This document shows positions 26,355 through 35,921 of a DNA stretch of 64,000 nucleotides, one piece after another (the stretch's first letter is position 1; the number at the start of each line of letters is the position of its first letter). Source of the DNA: an uncultured Verrucomicrobiota bacterium (lineage in GTDB: Bacteria > Verrucomicrobiota > Verrucomicrobiia > CAIQCK01); contig CAZGGF010000400.1 of NCBI GenBank assembly GCA_964524715.1, forward strand, positions 16,964 to 80,963, in the 5' to 3' direction. The position numbers and the translations under genes are program-made. The notes beneath the pieces were generated by a model. The model had not been told where the DNA came from and did no database searches. It was given only the letters and a program-made list of their open reading frames with translations.

Positions 26355-28082
26355 ATGAACACAACGAAACAAACCATACGCAGACTGGTAAAGGACGCAC
26401 TGTTGACGTTGCTGGCAATCGGCAGCGTGGCGTATTTCGCCGGTATCATTACCGCGCAAGAGCAACCCGACAACCGTCCACCCCGCCCCGATGGCCAGGG
26501 CCGGGATCGCGAGGGCGGTGGTGGCGGAGGCGGTGGTGGCGACCGTCGCGGAGGCGGCGGAGGAGGCGGTGGCAAGCGTGAGATGCCGGAGAACAAAACA
26601 CCGGTTTCGCCGAATCCCGGCCAGACCGTCGGTCTCTTCCTCAACACGCCGAAGGCTTACAACGGCTACACGCTGTTCGCGCCCAAGCACAACATGGTGA
26701 CCTACTTGATGAACAATGCCGGACAAGTCTGTCATTCGTGGAAGAGCGAATACGAACCCGGACAGACGGTTTATCTGCTGCCCAATGGCCACCTGATCCG
26801 CGCCTGCATGCTGCGGGTACAGGGCGGCACCGGTGGCGGTGAAGGCGGACGTATCGAAGAATATGACTGGGATGGCAAGCTGATCTGGGAGTTCGACCAC
26901 GCCACCCGCGATTACCAGTTGCATCACGACATCAAGCCTCTGCCCAATGGAAACTTCCTCGCCCTGATGGTCGAGCGGAAATCCCACGAGCAGGCGTTGG
27001 CCGTTGGTTTCGAGGAAGGCATGATGCGCGACGATTACCTGGTGCCCGACGCGGTGGTCGAAATCCAGCCCATCCGGCCCAAGGGCGGGAAGATCGTCTG
27101 GGAATGGCACGTCTGGGATCATCTGATCCAGGACTCCGACCGCAGCAAACCCAACTACGGCGATCCCGCGCAACACCCCGAGCGGGTCTACGTCAATTGC
27201 AACGGCCGGGCGGTGGCCGCCTTCTGGAATCACATGAATTCGCTCGACTACAACGCGAAGCTCGACCAGATCGTCCTGAGCGTGCGCGGCTGTAACGAAA
27301 TCTGGATCATTGACCACAGCACGACGACACAGCAAGCGGCCGGTCGCACCGGCGGCAAGCACGGCAAAGGCGGCGATCTCATTTATCGCTGGGGCAATCC
27401 CGCGGCCTACAAGCGCGGCACTCTCAAGGACAAGCAGCTGGTCCAGCAGCACGACGCGCTGTGGATTCCTGACGGTTATCCCGGCGCCGGTCACATGACG
27501 ATCTTCAACAACGGCTACGACCGCGGTTGGTCGAGCGTCGAGGAAATCGTGCTGCCGATGGATGCCAGCGGCCGCTACATCCTTGAGCCGGGCAAAGCTT
27601 ACGGTCCCGCCAAGCCTGTCTGGCACTACGAGGCAAAGAATCGCACGGACTTCTTCTCGGCCGAGATCTCCGGCGCACACCGCCTGCCCAACGGCAACAC
27701 TCTCATCTGCGGAGGCATCGTGGGCAACTTGTTCGAGGTCACACCCACAGGCGAGATGGTCTGGCAATACGTCAACGCCATGGTTCGCGGCGGCATCCTC
27801 GCGCAAGGCGAGTTGCCCGGCAAAGACATGCGCGGCCATTTGTGGAACGCCGTGTTCAAGGTCCATCGCTACGAGCCGAACTATCCCGGTCTGGCGGGAC
27901 GCGATCTGACTCCGAAAGGCGTCGTTGAACTGCCCGCCTCCATGAAAGGCAAGACCGGCCTCCATCTGATGACCGAAGCGCAACGCACCGACCAAGGCCC
28001 CAATGGCAAAGGCAAGGGCAAGGGCAAGGAAAACCGTAATCGAGACAACCGCTCATCTCGCGACGACCAGCGCAACAACTAA
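26355..28082 (+). CDS. Arylsulfotransferase (ASST)-like beta-propeller protein 1
   Basis: It has an N-terminal TM/signal segment followed by poly-Gly/Arg. The propeller motifs YNGYTLF, LPNGHL, HHDIKPLPNGN, WEWHVWDHLIQD, HMNSLDY, IYRWGNPAAY, HMTIFNNG and RLPNGNTLI are shared with its paralog downstream. An aggag SD is present. Confidence 0.7.
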   Translation: MNTTKQTIRRLVKDALLTLLAIGSVAYFAGIITAQEQPDNRPPRPDGQGRDREGGGGGGGGGDRRGGGGGGGGKREMPENKTPVSPNPGQTVGLFLNTPKAYNGYTLFAPKHNMVTYLMNNAGQVCHSWKSEYEPGQTVYLLPNGHLIRACMLRVQGGTGGGEGGRIEEYDWDGKLIWEFDHATRDYQLHHDIKPLPNGNFLALMVERKSHEQALAVGFEEGMMRDDYLVPDAVVEIQPIRPKGGKIVWEWHVWDHLIQDSDRSKPNYGDPAQHPERVYVNCNGRAVAAFWNHMNSLDYNAKLDQIVLSVRGCNEIWIIDHSTTTQQAAGRTGGKHGKGGDLIYRWGNPAAYKRGTLKDKQLVQQHDALWIPDGYPGAGHMTIFNNGYDRGWSSVEEIVLPMDASGRYILEPGKAYGPAKPVWHYEAKNRTDFFSAEISGAHRLPNGNTLICGGIVGNLFEVTPTGEMVWQYVNAMVRGGILAQGELPGKDMRGHLWNAVFKVHRYEPNYPGLAGRDLTPKGVVELPASMKGKTGLHLMTEAQRTDQGPNGKGKGKGKENRNRDNRSSRDDQRNN

Positions 28083-28095
28083 AGGAGTCAGCATC

Positions 28096-29736
28096 ATGAA
28101 ATACGCAACACTGATCATGTGCGCAATACTGGCGGGTTCAGCGTCCGCTTACGAACGCCTGCAAGGCCCCACTGAGTTGCTCCTCTGCAACAAGGAGAAG
28201 GCGCTCAACGGCTACACGCTCTTCGGCGTTGGCAGCCGGACGTTCCTGCTCGACATGGAAGGGCGCGTGGTTCACACGTGGGCCATCGGCACCAACCCGC
28301 ACCTGCTCGACAACGGCAACATCCTCGACGCGTCGAAAGACGACCCCAGTGGTTTCCAGGGTTTCACAGAGGTCGATTGGGACGGCAAGAAGGTTTGGGA
28401 ATACACCGAGAAGCGCGAGAACTACGCGCCGCATCACGATTGGGTGCGCATCTTCAACAAGAAGCTCAATGCGCCCACCACGCTCTACATCGCCAACAAG
28501 TCCATCTCTTACGACCAAGCCGTCGCTGCCGGAGCCGACCCCAAGAAGGCCTCGACCGAGGGCGGCCAAATGGACGCGGTCGTCGAGGTGGATATGCAAG
28601 GCAACGTGATTTGGGAATGGTGCTTCTTCGATCACGTCGTGCAGGACCTGGACCCGTCAAAGCCCAACCACGTCGGTGCGGGCAAGACCATCGCGGACCA
28701 TCCCGGCCGCATCAACATCAACATGCCGGGCCGTCCGCTCAGGCGCGACTGGCTCCACTGCAACTCAATGGACTATAACGCCGAGACCGGCCACATCGTC
28801 ATCAATTCCGTGCAGGGTGAACTCTACGTGGTTGACCACGATGGCACGTTCGTCGCCGGCGACCCGAAGGCCAGCATCGCCAAGGCCGCCGACCCCGCGG
28901 GCGATTTCCTCTACCGCTTCGGCGACCCGGCCCGCTACGCGCAGGGCGACCCGCCGCGTGTGCTGGAAAACTGGGACTCCGCCACCTCCGGCCACAAGCA
29001 GATGGGCGGCGCGCACGACGTGCATTGGATCCGGCCCGGCCTGCCCGGCGCGGGACACATCATGGTCTTCAACAACGGCCAATATCTCTACCAGCGCACG
29101 CCCGGTTCCTCGATTTTGGAAATCAATCCGTTCCTCGACGCGAGCGGGCGTAACACAGGCGAGTATGTCAATCCGCCCGATGCCGGCTACCGTCGCGAAA
29201 CCTACGAACACGACACGCATAACCAGCCGCGGCAAATCTCGAAGCAAGTCGTCTGGAGTTACAGTTCCGTGAACAGCCACGGTTTCTTCAGCCACATCGG
29301 CTCCAGTGGCCAGCGCCTGCCGAACGGCAACACCTTCATCTGCTCCGACACCGAGGGCCATTTCTTCGAGGTCACCGACAAGGGCGAACTCGTTTGGGAG
29401 TACATCAACCCCGTCACGCGCGATGGTCCGGTGAAAGTGCTCGGCGACGTGCTGCCGATGACCAACTCTGCCTTCCGCGCCTTCCGTTACCCCGTCGATC
29501 ATCCCGTCTTCAAAGGCCGCGACCTGACACCCAAGGGCACCATCACCGAGCGCGCCGCGCAAGGCGTTGACGTTTATCCCAAGAGAGGCGCCGGTGACCG
29601 TAAAGGCAAAGGCGGCGACCGCCGCGGCAAGGGTGGCAAAGGCGGCGGCAAGGGCGGCCAGCGCGGAGGAGAAGGTGGCGGCGCGGGTGAAAATCGCGAT
29701 AACCAGCCGCAACGCGACAAGCCGCAAGAGAAATGA
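28096..29736 (+). CDS. Arylsulfotransferase (ASST)-like beta-propeller protein 2
   Basis: It has a signal peptide (MKYATLIMCAILAGSASA) and an SD (aaaggag). It is a paralog of the upstream gene (LNGYTLF, HHDW, WEWCFFDHVVQD, HCNSMDY, LYRFGDPARY, HIMVFNNG, RLPNGNTFI). The C-terminal tail is Gly/Lys/Arg-rich. Confidence 0.7.
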   Translation: MKYATLIMCAILAGSASAYERLQGPTELLLCNKEKALNGYTLFGVGSRTFLLDMEGRVVHTWAIGTNPHLLDNGNILDASKDDPSGFQGFTEVDWDGKKVWEYTEKRENYAPHHDWVRIFNKKLNAPTTLYIANKSISYDQAVAAGADPKKASTEGGQMDAVVEVDMQGNVIWEWCFFDHVVQDLDPSKPNHVGAGKTIADHPGRININMPGRPLRRDWLHCNSMDYNAETGHIVINSVQGELYVVDHDGTFVAGDPKASIAKAADPAGDFLYRFGDPARYAQGDPPRVLENWDSATSGHKQMGGAHDVHWIRPGLPGAGHIMVFNNGQYLYQRTPGSSILEINPFLDASGRNTGEYVNPPDAGYRRETYEHDTHNQPRQISKQVVWSYSSVNSHGFFSHIGSSGQRLPNGNTFICSDTEGHFFEVTDKGELVWEYINPVTRDGPVKVLGDVLPMTNSAFRAFRYPVDHPVFKGRDLTPKGTITERAAQGVDVYPKRGAGDRKGKGGDRRGKGGKGGGKGGQRGGEGGGAGENRDNQPQRDKPQEK

Positions 29737-29759
29737 CCGTGCGAAATTTGGAGGCGCAA

Positions 29760-31178
29760 ATGAAAAGACTGATGTGGATCGTCACTCTGTCGGTCGCTGC
29801 CGCGCTCAGCGCACCGCTTCCGGCGGCCACGCCGCAGCGGCCCAATTTCGTCTTCATCCTGGGCGAAGGCCATGGCTGGAGCAGCACGTCCGTGCGAATG
29901 GATGACGCCGTAGCAGAGTCCAAGAGCAGCTTCGCGCGCACGCCGAACTTCGAGAAGCTCGCGCAGACCGGGATGCGGTTCGCGAACTTCTACGCGCCGT
30001 CGCCGCGCTGCACACCATCGCGCGCCACGTTCTTCACCGGCAAAAGCCCGGCGCAGTTGCACATGACGTTCGTCGGCGAAGGCAAGAAGGACAGCGGTGG
30101 CGGCGCGAACACCCGCATGCTGCCGCCCCCAAGTTCAATCGAACTGCCCACGAGCGAGACAACGATCGCGGCGCTGCTCAAGCGCGCGGGCTACGCGACG
30201 GCGCACTTCGGCAAATGGCACGTGGGGCGGATTAACCCGAAGGAATACGGATTCGACTCGAGCGACGGTCCGACCAGCAACGGCGGCCCTGACAACGTGG
30301 ACAATCCGCACCCAAAACAACTCTTCGGCATGACCGAGCGCGGTATCGAGTTCATGACACGCCAGGTCCGTGCCGGCAAACCGTTCTATCTCCAGATGTC
30401 GCACTACGCCTCACGTAATGGAGGCGACGCGCGGCCGGAGAGCGTCACGACGGTGAAAGGCTGGTCTGTGGAGGAGCGCGACGCGAGCACCGCCGCCGCC
30501 GACCTCGACCTTGATGTCGCGTTCGGGATGGTGCTGAAAAAGCTCGACGAACTCGGCATCGCGAACAACACCTACGTGATTTTCACCACTGACCACGGCA
30601 CGCCGGGGAAAAATTCTCCCTTCGCCGGTGGCAAAGGTACCGTCTCTGAGGGCGGCCTGCGCGTGCCGTTCATCATCCGCGGCCCCGGCATCAAGCCCGG
30701 CGTGTGCTCACACGTGCGGACGGTCGGCGCGGATTTGTTTCCTACAATCGCCGAGCTGGCGCGCGTGAGCGGACCGTTACCCAAGGGCGTCGAGGGCGGC
30801 AGCTTCGCGTCGGTGCTTGCCAACGCCGGAAACGGCACGGTCAAGCGCCCGCGCGAAGAATACGCCGTCCATTTCCCGCACTACGACAAGGACGCCATCG
30901 GCCCGGCCTCCGCGACCCTGCTCGGCGACTTCAAACTTATCCGCGTCTATGAAACCGGCGCGCTGGAACTGTTCAACATCGCCAAGGACCCCGGCGAACG
31001 CCGTGATCTGGCGCAACAGATGCCTGACAAGGTGAAGGAACTCGACCAGCGATTGACCGACTACCTCACGTCGGTCAACGCGCAGATGCCAACCAAGAAC
31101 CCGAATTACGACCCGAGCAAGCCGACGGCCGAACCCAAACGCGGCAAGGGAAGAAGCGGGAAGAAAAAGGACCGATGA
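29760..31178 (+). CDS. Cys-type (formylglycine-dependent) sulfatase
   Basis: It has a signal peptide, then PNFVFILGEGHGW, the SPRCTPSRATFFTGK motif (C-x-P-x-R) and GKWHVG. A GGAGG SD lies 5 nt upstream of ATG 29760. Confidence 0.9.
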   Translation: MKRLMWIVTLSVAAALSAPLPAATPQRPNFVFILGEGHGWSSTSVRMDDAVAESKSSFARTPNFEKLAQTGMRFANFYAPSPRCTPSRATFFTGKSPAQLHMTFVGEGKKDSGGGANTRMLPPPSSIELPTSETTIAALLKRAGYATAHFGKWHVGRINPKEYGFDSSDGPTSNGGPDNVDNPHPKQLFGMTERGIEFMTRQVRAGKPFYLQMSHYASRNGGDARPESVTTVKGWSVEERDASTAAADLDLDVAFGMVLKKLDELGIANNTYVIFTTDHGTPGKNSPFAGGKGTVSEGGLRVPFIIRGPGIKPGVCSHVRTVGADLFPTIAELARVSGPLPKGVEGGSFASVLANAGNGTVKRPREEYAVHFPHYDKDAIGPASATLLGDFKLIRVYETGALELFNIAKDPGERRDLAQQMPDKVKELDQRLTDYLTSVNAQMPTKNPNYDPSKPTAEPKRGKGRSGKKKDR

Positions 31179-32659
31179 AACATTCCGTCCACAGGGCAAC
31201 GTTTTGGATTTGTCTTTGCGTCTGCGTCGCGTTCGGCGCGCCCGAAGGCAAGCGCGGCGGCCGCAGCAAAGGCAACAAGGATCAGCCAACGCAGAACTCG
31301 GAGTGCAACAACTTGCCGGCGCATCCGTTAGACGTAGTGCTAGGCCGGCCGACGCGGGATTCCGTCACGATCAGCGTGCTTGCCTATCAGGACGCCGAAG
31401 GCTGGATCGCCTACGGGACACAGCGAGGCAGCTATCTGCGACAGACCCCGGCGCGACAGTTCAAGAAAGGCGAGCCAGCGGAGATCGTGATCGGCTCCTT
31501 GCGGCCCGACACGCAGTACTTCTATCAACTCCGCACCCGCAGCACGAACAGCGTGGAAGGCGCATTCCACACGCAACGCTCACGTGGCAAACCGTTCACG
31601 TTCACCCTCACGGCTGACCCGCATCTTGATGACCGCACCAGCGCCAAGGTCTATCAGCAAACGCTGGCCAACGCGCTCGCCGACGCGCCCGATTTTCATG
31701 TGGACCTCGGCGACACGTTCATGACCGAAAAGCACGAGAGCCGCGACAACGCTGCCAGACAATACCTCGCGCAACGGTTCTACTTCGGCCAGCTTTGCCG
31801 GTCCGCGCCGCTGTTCCTCGTGCTTGGCAATCACGATGGCGAAAGCCCGCGTGGACGGGGCAGCGACGCTGACAGCCTGGCTGTCTGGTCGTGCCAGATG
31901 CGAAAGCACTATTTCCCAAATCCCGTTCCCGACGGCTTCTTCACGGGCAACGTGACGAAACATCCCCAGGCAGGTCCGTTGCAGGACTACTACGCGTGGG
32001 AATGGGGCGACGCCTTGTTTGTCGCGCTTGACCCATTCTGGTTCACACAGAAACAGCGTGGAAAAGGCGACAACTGGAAGCACACGCTCGGCGAGGAACA
32101 GTATCGGTGGCTCAAGCGCACGCTTGAAGGCAGCAAGGCGGAGTTCAAGTTCGTCTTCATCCATCATCTCGTCGGCGGCGCGGATGAACAGAGCCGCGGC
32201 GGGACGGAGGCGGCGCCGTTCTACGAGTGGGGCGGCAAGGACGGCAATGGCACGGACGCCTTCAAACAAAACCGTCCGAAATGGCCCGCACCGATTCACC
32301 AACTCCTTGTGCAGAACCGCGTCTCCATCGTCTTCCACGGCCACGATCATCTCTACGCCAAGCAAGACCTCGACGGCATCGTGTATCAGGAAGTCCCCCA
32401 GCCCGGCAATGAGAGCAACGGCAGGCTACCCCGTTACGCCGAAGAATACGGCTACAAAACCGGCACCGTCCTCGGCGGCTCCGGCCACATAAGGGTCACT
32501 GTCTCATCCACGCAAGCTGTCGTCGATTACGTCTCCAGCTACCTTCCCTCCGACGAAACCGCTGACCGCAAAAACGGCAAAGTGTGCCACCACTACGTCA
32601 TCCCCAGCGAAGGCCTGCTGACTCACAAACCCATGCCAGCAGCTTCCACACCTCGCTGA
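31175..32659 (+). CDS. Secreted metallophosphoesterase (purple-acid/PhoD-like N-terminal Fn3-type domain + calcineurin-like core)
   Basis: Motifs are LTADPHLDD, DLGDTFM, LGNHDGE and VFHGHDHLYA. The ATGA start/stop overlap with the sulfatase gene indicates translational coupling. Confidence 0.8.
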   Translation: MKHSVHRATFWICLCVCVAFGAPEGKRGGRSKGNKDQPTQNSECNNLPAHPLDVVLGRPTRDSVTISVLAYQDAEGWIAYGTQRGSYLRQTPARQFKKGEPAEIVIGSLRPDTQYFYQLRTRSTNSVEGAFHTQRSRGKPFTFTLTADPHLDDRTSAKVYQQTLANALADAPDFHVDLGDTFMTEKHESRDNAARQYLAQRFYFGQLCRSAPLFLVLGNHDGESPRGRGSDADSLAVWSCQMRKHYFPNPVPDGFFTGNVTKHPQAGPLQDYYAWEWGDALFVALDPFWFTQKQRGKGDNWKHTLGEEQYRWLKRTLEGSKAEFKFVFIHHLVGGADEQSRGGTEAAPFYEWGGKDGNGTDAFKQNRPKWPAPIHQLLVQNRVSIVFHGHDHLYAKQDLDGIVYQEVPQPGNESNGRLPRYAEEYGYKTGTVLGGSGHIRVTVSSTQAVVDYVSSYLPSDETADRKNGKVCHHYVIPSEGLLTHKPMPAASTPR

Positions 32660-32760
32660 CTTCTTCTCGGTTCCATCTGGACAACCATTTGACGGGACTG
32701 CTGTTGAATAGGGGTGTGGCAATGCGAATACGACCAAAAGGAAGTGAATTGAGGAGAATC

Positions 32761-34119
32761 ATGAACCGAGCCATCGTTGCGCTGGTGTTGGCCCTGATGA
32801 CATGTGCGGACGGATTTGGCGCGCAGCGGCCTTATACGGTCGTTGGGACGGGGCAAACGAAGTGTTACGACGACCATCAGGAGATTGCGCCGCCACAACC
32901 GGGACAGCCATTCTATGGGCAGGATGCGCAATTCCGAGGAGCCAAGCCTTCATATCAGTCCAGCGTCGACGGCCTGACAGTGTACGACAACAACACAGGA
33001 CTGACCTGGCAACACAGCGCGGACACCAATGGCGACGGTCTGCTCAGCTACAGCGACAAGTTGACATTGAGCCAAGCCCGCGAGCGCCCCGCGAAACTGA
33101 ACAGCGCCGGATTCGGTGGGTTCAATGATTGGAGATTGCCGACGATCAAGGAACTTTATTCACTGATCTTGTTCAGCGGAGTTGATGTCGGACTAAATGC
33201 CACGGACCCGTCACGGCTGATGCCGTTCATCGATACAAAGTCCTTCAAGTTCGCCTACGGCGACCCTGGCGCGGGCGAACGAACCATCGACTCGCAGTGG
33301 GCATCCTGCACCGTGTATGCCGCCAGCCCAAACCAGATGTTCGGAGTGAATTTTGCCGACGGCCGCATCAAGGGCTATGGCACGGCCATGCCTGGCAGGC
33401 CGGAGAAGACGTTCTTCGTGCTCTGCGTCCGCGGCAACCCCGCTTACGGCAAGAACGATTTCTGTGACAACCGTGATGGCACGATCACGGATCGCGCCAC
33501 CGGGTTGATGTGGTCAAAGGCTGACAGCGACCGAGGCTTGAACTGGGAATCGGCACTTGCGTGGGTGCAACAACGTAACGCAGAGAAATATCTCGGACAC
33601 AGCGACTGGCGACTGCCGAACGCGAAAGAGTTGCAAAGCCTCGTGGACTACGCCCGCGCGCCTGCAGTGACGCGTTCGCCTGCAATAGACCCGGTGTTCC
33701 AGACAACGAAACTCGCTGACGGCGAGTATCCTTTCTTTTGGACCAGCACGACGCATCAAGGAGGCCCACCCGGCCGGCAGGGCAGCGCCGCCGTTTACAT
33801 TGCGTTCGGCCGCGCAACGGGCTGGATGCAACCGCACTCGCGTGGTGGGCCTCCAGCGCCGGGCGGCTTTGGCAAAGGCGGTCCGCGTGGCAAGAGTGCC
33901 CCAGGCTCCAGCGATTCCCGGGATGGCGGACTGCGATCATCCGGTTCCGGTAATTATCAACTGCTCGACGTTCACGGTGCTGGCGCGCAACGCAGCGATC
34001 CAAAGACCGGTGATCCGGCTGCGTTCCCGCATGGACGCGGGCCCCAGGGCGATGTCGTCCGCATCAACAACTTCGTCCGTTGCGTGCGGAACATGGACGT
34101 CACCACTCACGCTCGATAG
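32761..34119 (+). CDS. DUF1566 (Lcl C-terminal domain) secreted protein
   Basis: It has a signal peptide. Motifs are TGQTKCYD, TGLTWQ, DWRLPTIKEL, TGLMWSK and DWRLPNAKELQSL. A gaggag SD lies upstream of ATG 32761. Confidence 0.75.
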   Translation: MNRAIVALVLALMTCADGFGAQRPYTVVGTGQTKCYDDHQEIAPPQPGQPFYGQDAQFRGAKPSYQSSVDGLTVYDNNTGLTWQHSADTNGDGLLSYSDKLTLSQARERPAKLNSAGFGGFNDWRLPTIKELYSLILFSGVDVGLNATDPSRLMPFIDTKSFKFAYGDPGAGERTIDSQWASCTVYAASPNQMFGVNFADGRIKGYGTAMPGRPEKTFFVLCVRGNPAYGKNDFCDNRDGTITDRATGLMWSKADSDRGLNWESALAWVQQRNAEKYLGHSDWRLPNAKELQSLVDYARAPAVTRSPAIDPVFQTTKLADGEYPFFWTSTTHQGGPPGRQGSAAVYIAFGRATGWMQPHSRGGPPAPGGFGKGGPRGKSAPGSSDSRDGGLRSSGSGNYQLLDVHGAGAQRSDPKTGDPAAFPHGRGPQGDVVRINNFVRCVRNMDVTTHAR

Positions 34120-34247
34120 CAGTCCGACGCGAGCAATAACGGGGCACGACAGGCAAAAGACTGAATCAGAGGCCGGGTGTTGATCCTGAGTTTCTTTCTG
34201 TTTTGCACGGCACAGCAGTTGCATCTCTCGCATGATCACAAACACCT

Positions 34248-34276
34248 TTGACAAGCGACGGTGCTTCTTCTACGTT
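34248..34276 (+). promoter_or_regulatory. Candidate sigma70-type promoter giving a near-leaderless gcvT mRNA
   Basis: The arrangement is TTGACA (34248-34253), 17 nt spacer, TACGTT (34271-34276), then 7 nt to ATG 34284. No SD is present. Confidence 0.25.
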
Positions 34277-34283
34277 CGCGCCC

Positions 34284-35396
34284 ATGTCATCCGAAGTTCA
34301 ACTTAAACGCACACCGCTTTATGAATGTCACCGCCGCCTAGATGCCCGGTTGGTGGAATTCGGCGGCTGGGAAATGCCCGTGCAGTATGACGGTATTATC
34401 GCTGAACACAACGTAGTCCGCACTGACTGCGGCATTTTCGATATTTCACACATGGGCGAGGTTCGTGTCAGCGGCCCACAAGCGCTGGCGTTCCTGAATC
34501 ACTTGCTCACCAACGATCTGGCCAAGCTCAGCATCGGCCAGGGGCAATACAATCTGATGTGCAACGATCGCGGCGGCACGGTCGACGATCTTTACGCCTA
34601 TCGCATCGGCGAGCAGGAATACCTGCTCATCATCAACGCATCCAGGATCGAGGCGGACGTGCCGCACATTCAAAACACTGCAGCATCGAAGTCCTTTTCG
34701 CCCTCGGAACTCCAAATCACCAACTGCTCCGATGACATGGGAGCGATTGCCGTACAGGGCCCCCGCAGCGCAACTGTAATGGAAGCGCTGCTGCCAGGTA
34801 TTGCATCGGAAGTGAAGCGCAATCGCATCGCCAGGAAGCCGCTCGCAGGCCGTGATGTGTTTGTGGCACGCACCGGTTACACCGGTGAGGACGGTTTCGA
34901 GCTGGTCATCCCGGCGGAGACAACGGCGGCGGTATGGGAACTGTTGCTGAAACAAAATGCGAAGCCATGCGGCCTCGGCGCGCGCGACACGTTGCGGACG
35001 GAAATGTGCTATCCGCTTTACGGCCATGAGCTGGACGAGGAGACCTCACCCATTGAGGCGGCGTTGTCGAAATTCGTCGCGCTTGGCAAACCGGAGTTTG
35101 TCGGAAAAGAACACTTGCAACGCCAAACAGTTTCTGGCAGGAGCAAAACGCTCGTTGCGTTTCGAATGAACGGCAGGAGCGCGCCGCCACGACCGCATTA
35201 TTCGCTGGTGGCCGGCGGACACGTTGTGGGTGAAGTAACCAGCGGCACGCAGTCACCGTCGCTGGGCGTTGGCATCGGCATGGGTTATGTGCCGCTGACG
35301 TGCGAGACAAGCGGGCAAATTTTGGAGGTTGAGATTCGTGGGAAACGATTCCCGGCCACCATCGTAGCAAAACCAATTTACCGGAAGAACGGATAG
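34284..35396 (+). CDS. gcvT: Glycine cleavage system aminomethyltransferase T
   Basis: It reads [29 protein letters not shown]...HMGE...[12 protein letters not shown]. Confidence 0.95.
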   Translation: MSSEVQLKRTPLYECHRRLDARLVEFGGWEMPVQYDGIIAEHNVVRTDCGIFDISHMGEVRVSGPQALAFLNHLLTNDLAKLSIGQGQYNLMCNDRGGTVDDLYAYRIGEQEYLLIINASRIEADVPHIQNTAASKSFSPSELQITNCSDDMGAIAVQGPRSATVMEALLPGIASEVKRNRIARKPLAGRDVFVARTGYTGEDGFELVIPAETTAAVWELLLKQNAKPCGLGARDTLRTEMCYPLYGHELDEETSPIEAALSKFVALGKPEFVGKEHLQRQTVSGRSKTLVAFRMNGRSAPPRPHYSLVAGGHVVGEVTSGTQSPSLGVGIGMGYVPLTCETSGQILEVEIRGKRFPATIVAKPIYRKNG

Positions 35397-35402
35397 AACA
35401 TC

Positions 35403-35825
35403 ATGAACGTCCCTAGCGATCTCAAATACACGGAGAGCCACGAGTGGGTGAAGCTGAGCAAGGACAAGGCCACGGCCACCGTCGGCCTGACCGACTTTGC
35501 ACAGGAGGAGTTGACTGACATCGTTTATCTCGACCTGCCAAAGGTCGGCGACGAAATCGAAGCCGGCACCGAGTGCGCCGTGGTCGAGTCGGTGAAAGCC
35601 GCCAGCGATATTTACGCGCCGCTCTCCGGCCAGGTCACAGAGATCAACCAAGCCGTGCTTGACGACCCCGCCGTCGTCAATGAGGACGCTTTCGGCAAAG
35701 GATGGCTCTTCAAAATGAAGCTCGCCGATCCCGCGGAGATTGAGGAATTGCTCAGCGACAGCGACTACGAGGAAATCCTCAGCGAGAAGGAAAGCCAGGA
35801 CGAGGACGACGACGAGGAGAAGTAA
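35403..35825 (+). CDS. gcvH: Glycine cleavage system H protein (with acidic C-terminal extension)
   Basis: It reads YTESHEWV...VGLTDFAQ...VESVKAASD (lipoyl-Lys motif). The tail is SEKESQDEDDDEEK. Confidence 0.95.
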   Translation: MNVPSDLKYTESHEWVKLSKDKATATVGLTDFAQEELTDIVYLDLPKVGDEIEAGTECAVVESVKAASDIYAPLSGQVTEINQAVLDDPAVVNEDAFGKGWLFKMKLADPAEIEELLSDSDYEEILSEKESQDEDDDEEK

Positions 35826-35921
35826 GCCGCATGCGGCTTGCGGATTGCGAAATGCGAGATGGGTCGTCGCATTTCCCACGACAATCCACTCCCCATTTCA
35901 AACTTCGAATATGGCATTTCC

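Noticed and set aside
26151-27995. 614-aa minus-strand ORF opposite ASST-like gene 1; similar ORFs at 28765-29727, 36126-37106, 39441-40637, 54430-56031 (+) and 60917-62266
   Set aside because: All are antisense to genes with strong family motifs, are low-complexity Arg/Gly/Ala/Val-rich, and lack start contexts. I treat them as GC-driven open frames.
28003-28095. N-terminal extension of ASST-like gene 2 overlapping the end of gene 1
   Set aside because: ATG 28096 is preceded by aaaggag and starts a canonical signal peptide. The extension encodes only the out-of-frame low-complexity tail region.
34120-34283. Possible glycine riboswitch upstream of gcvT (acaggcaaaagac resembles part of the consensus)
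   Set aside because: The other conserved blocks (GGAGAG, CCGAAGGGGCAA and paired aptamer architecture) are absent by eye. Confirmation needs cmscan.
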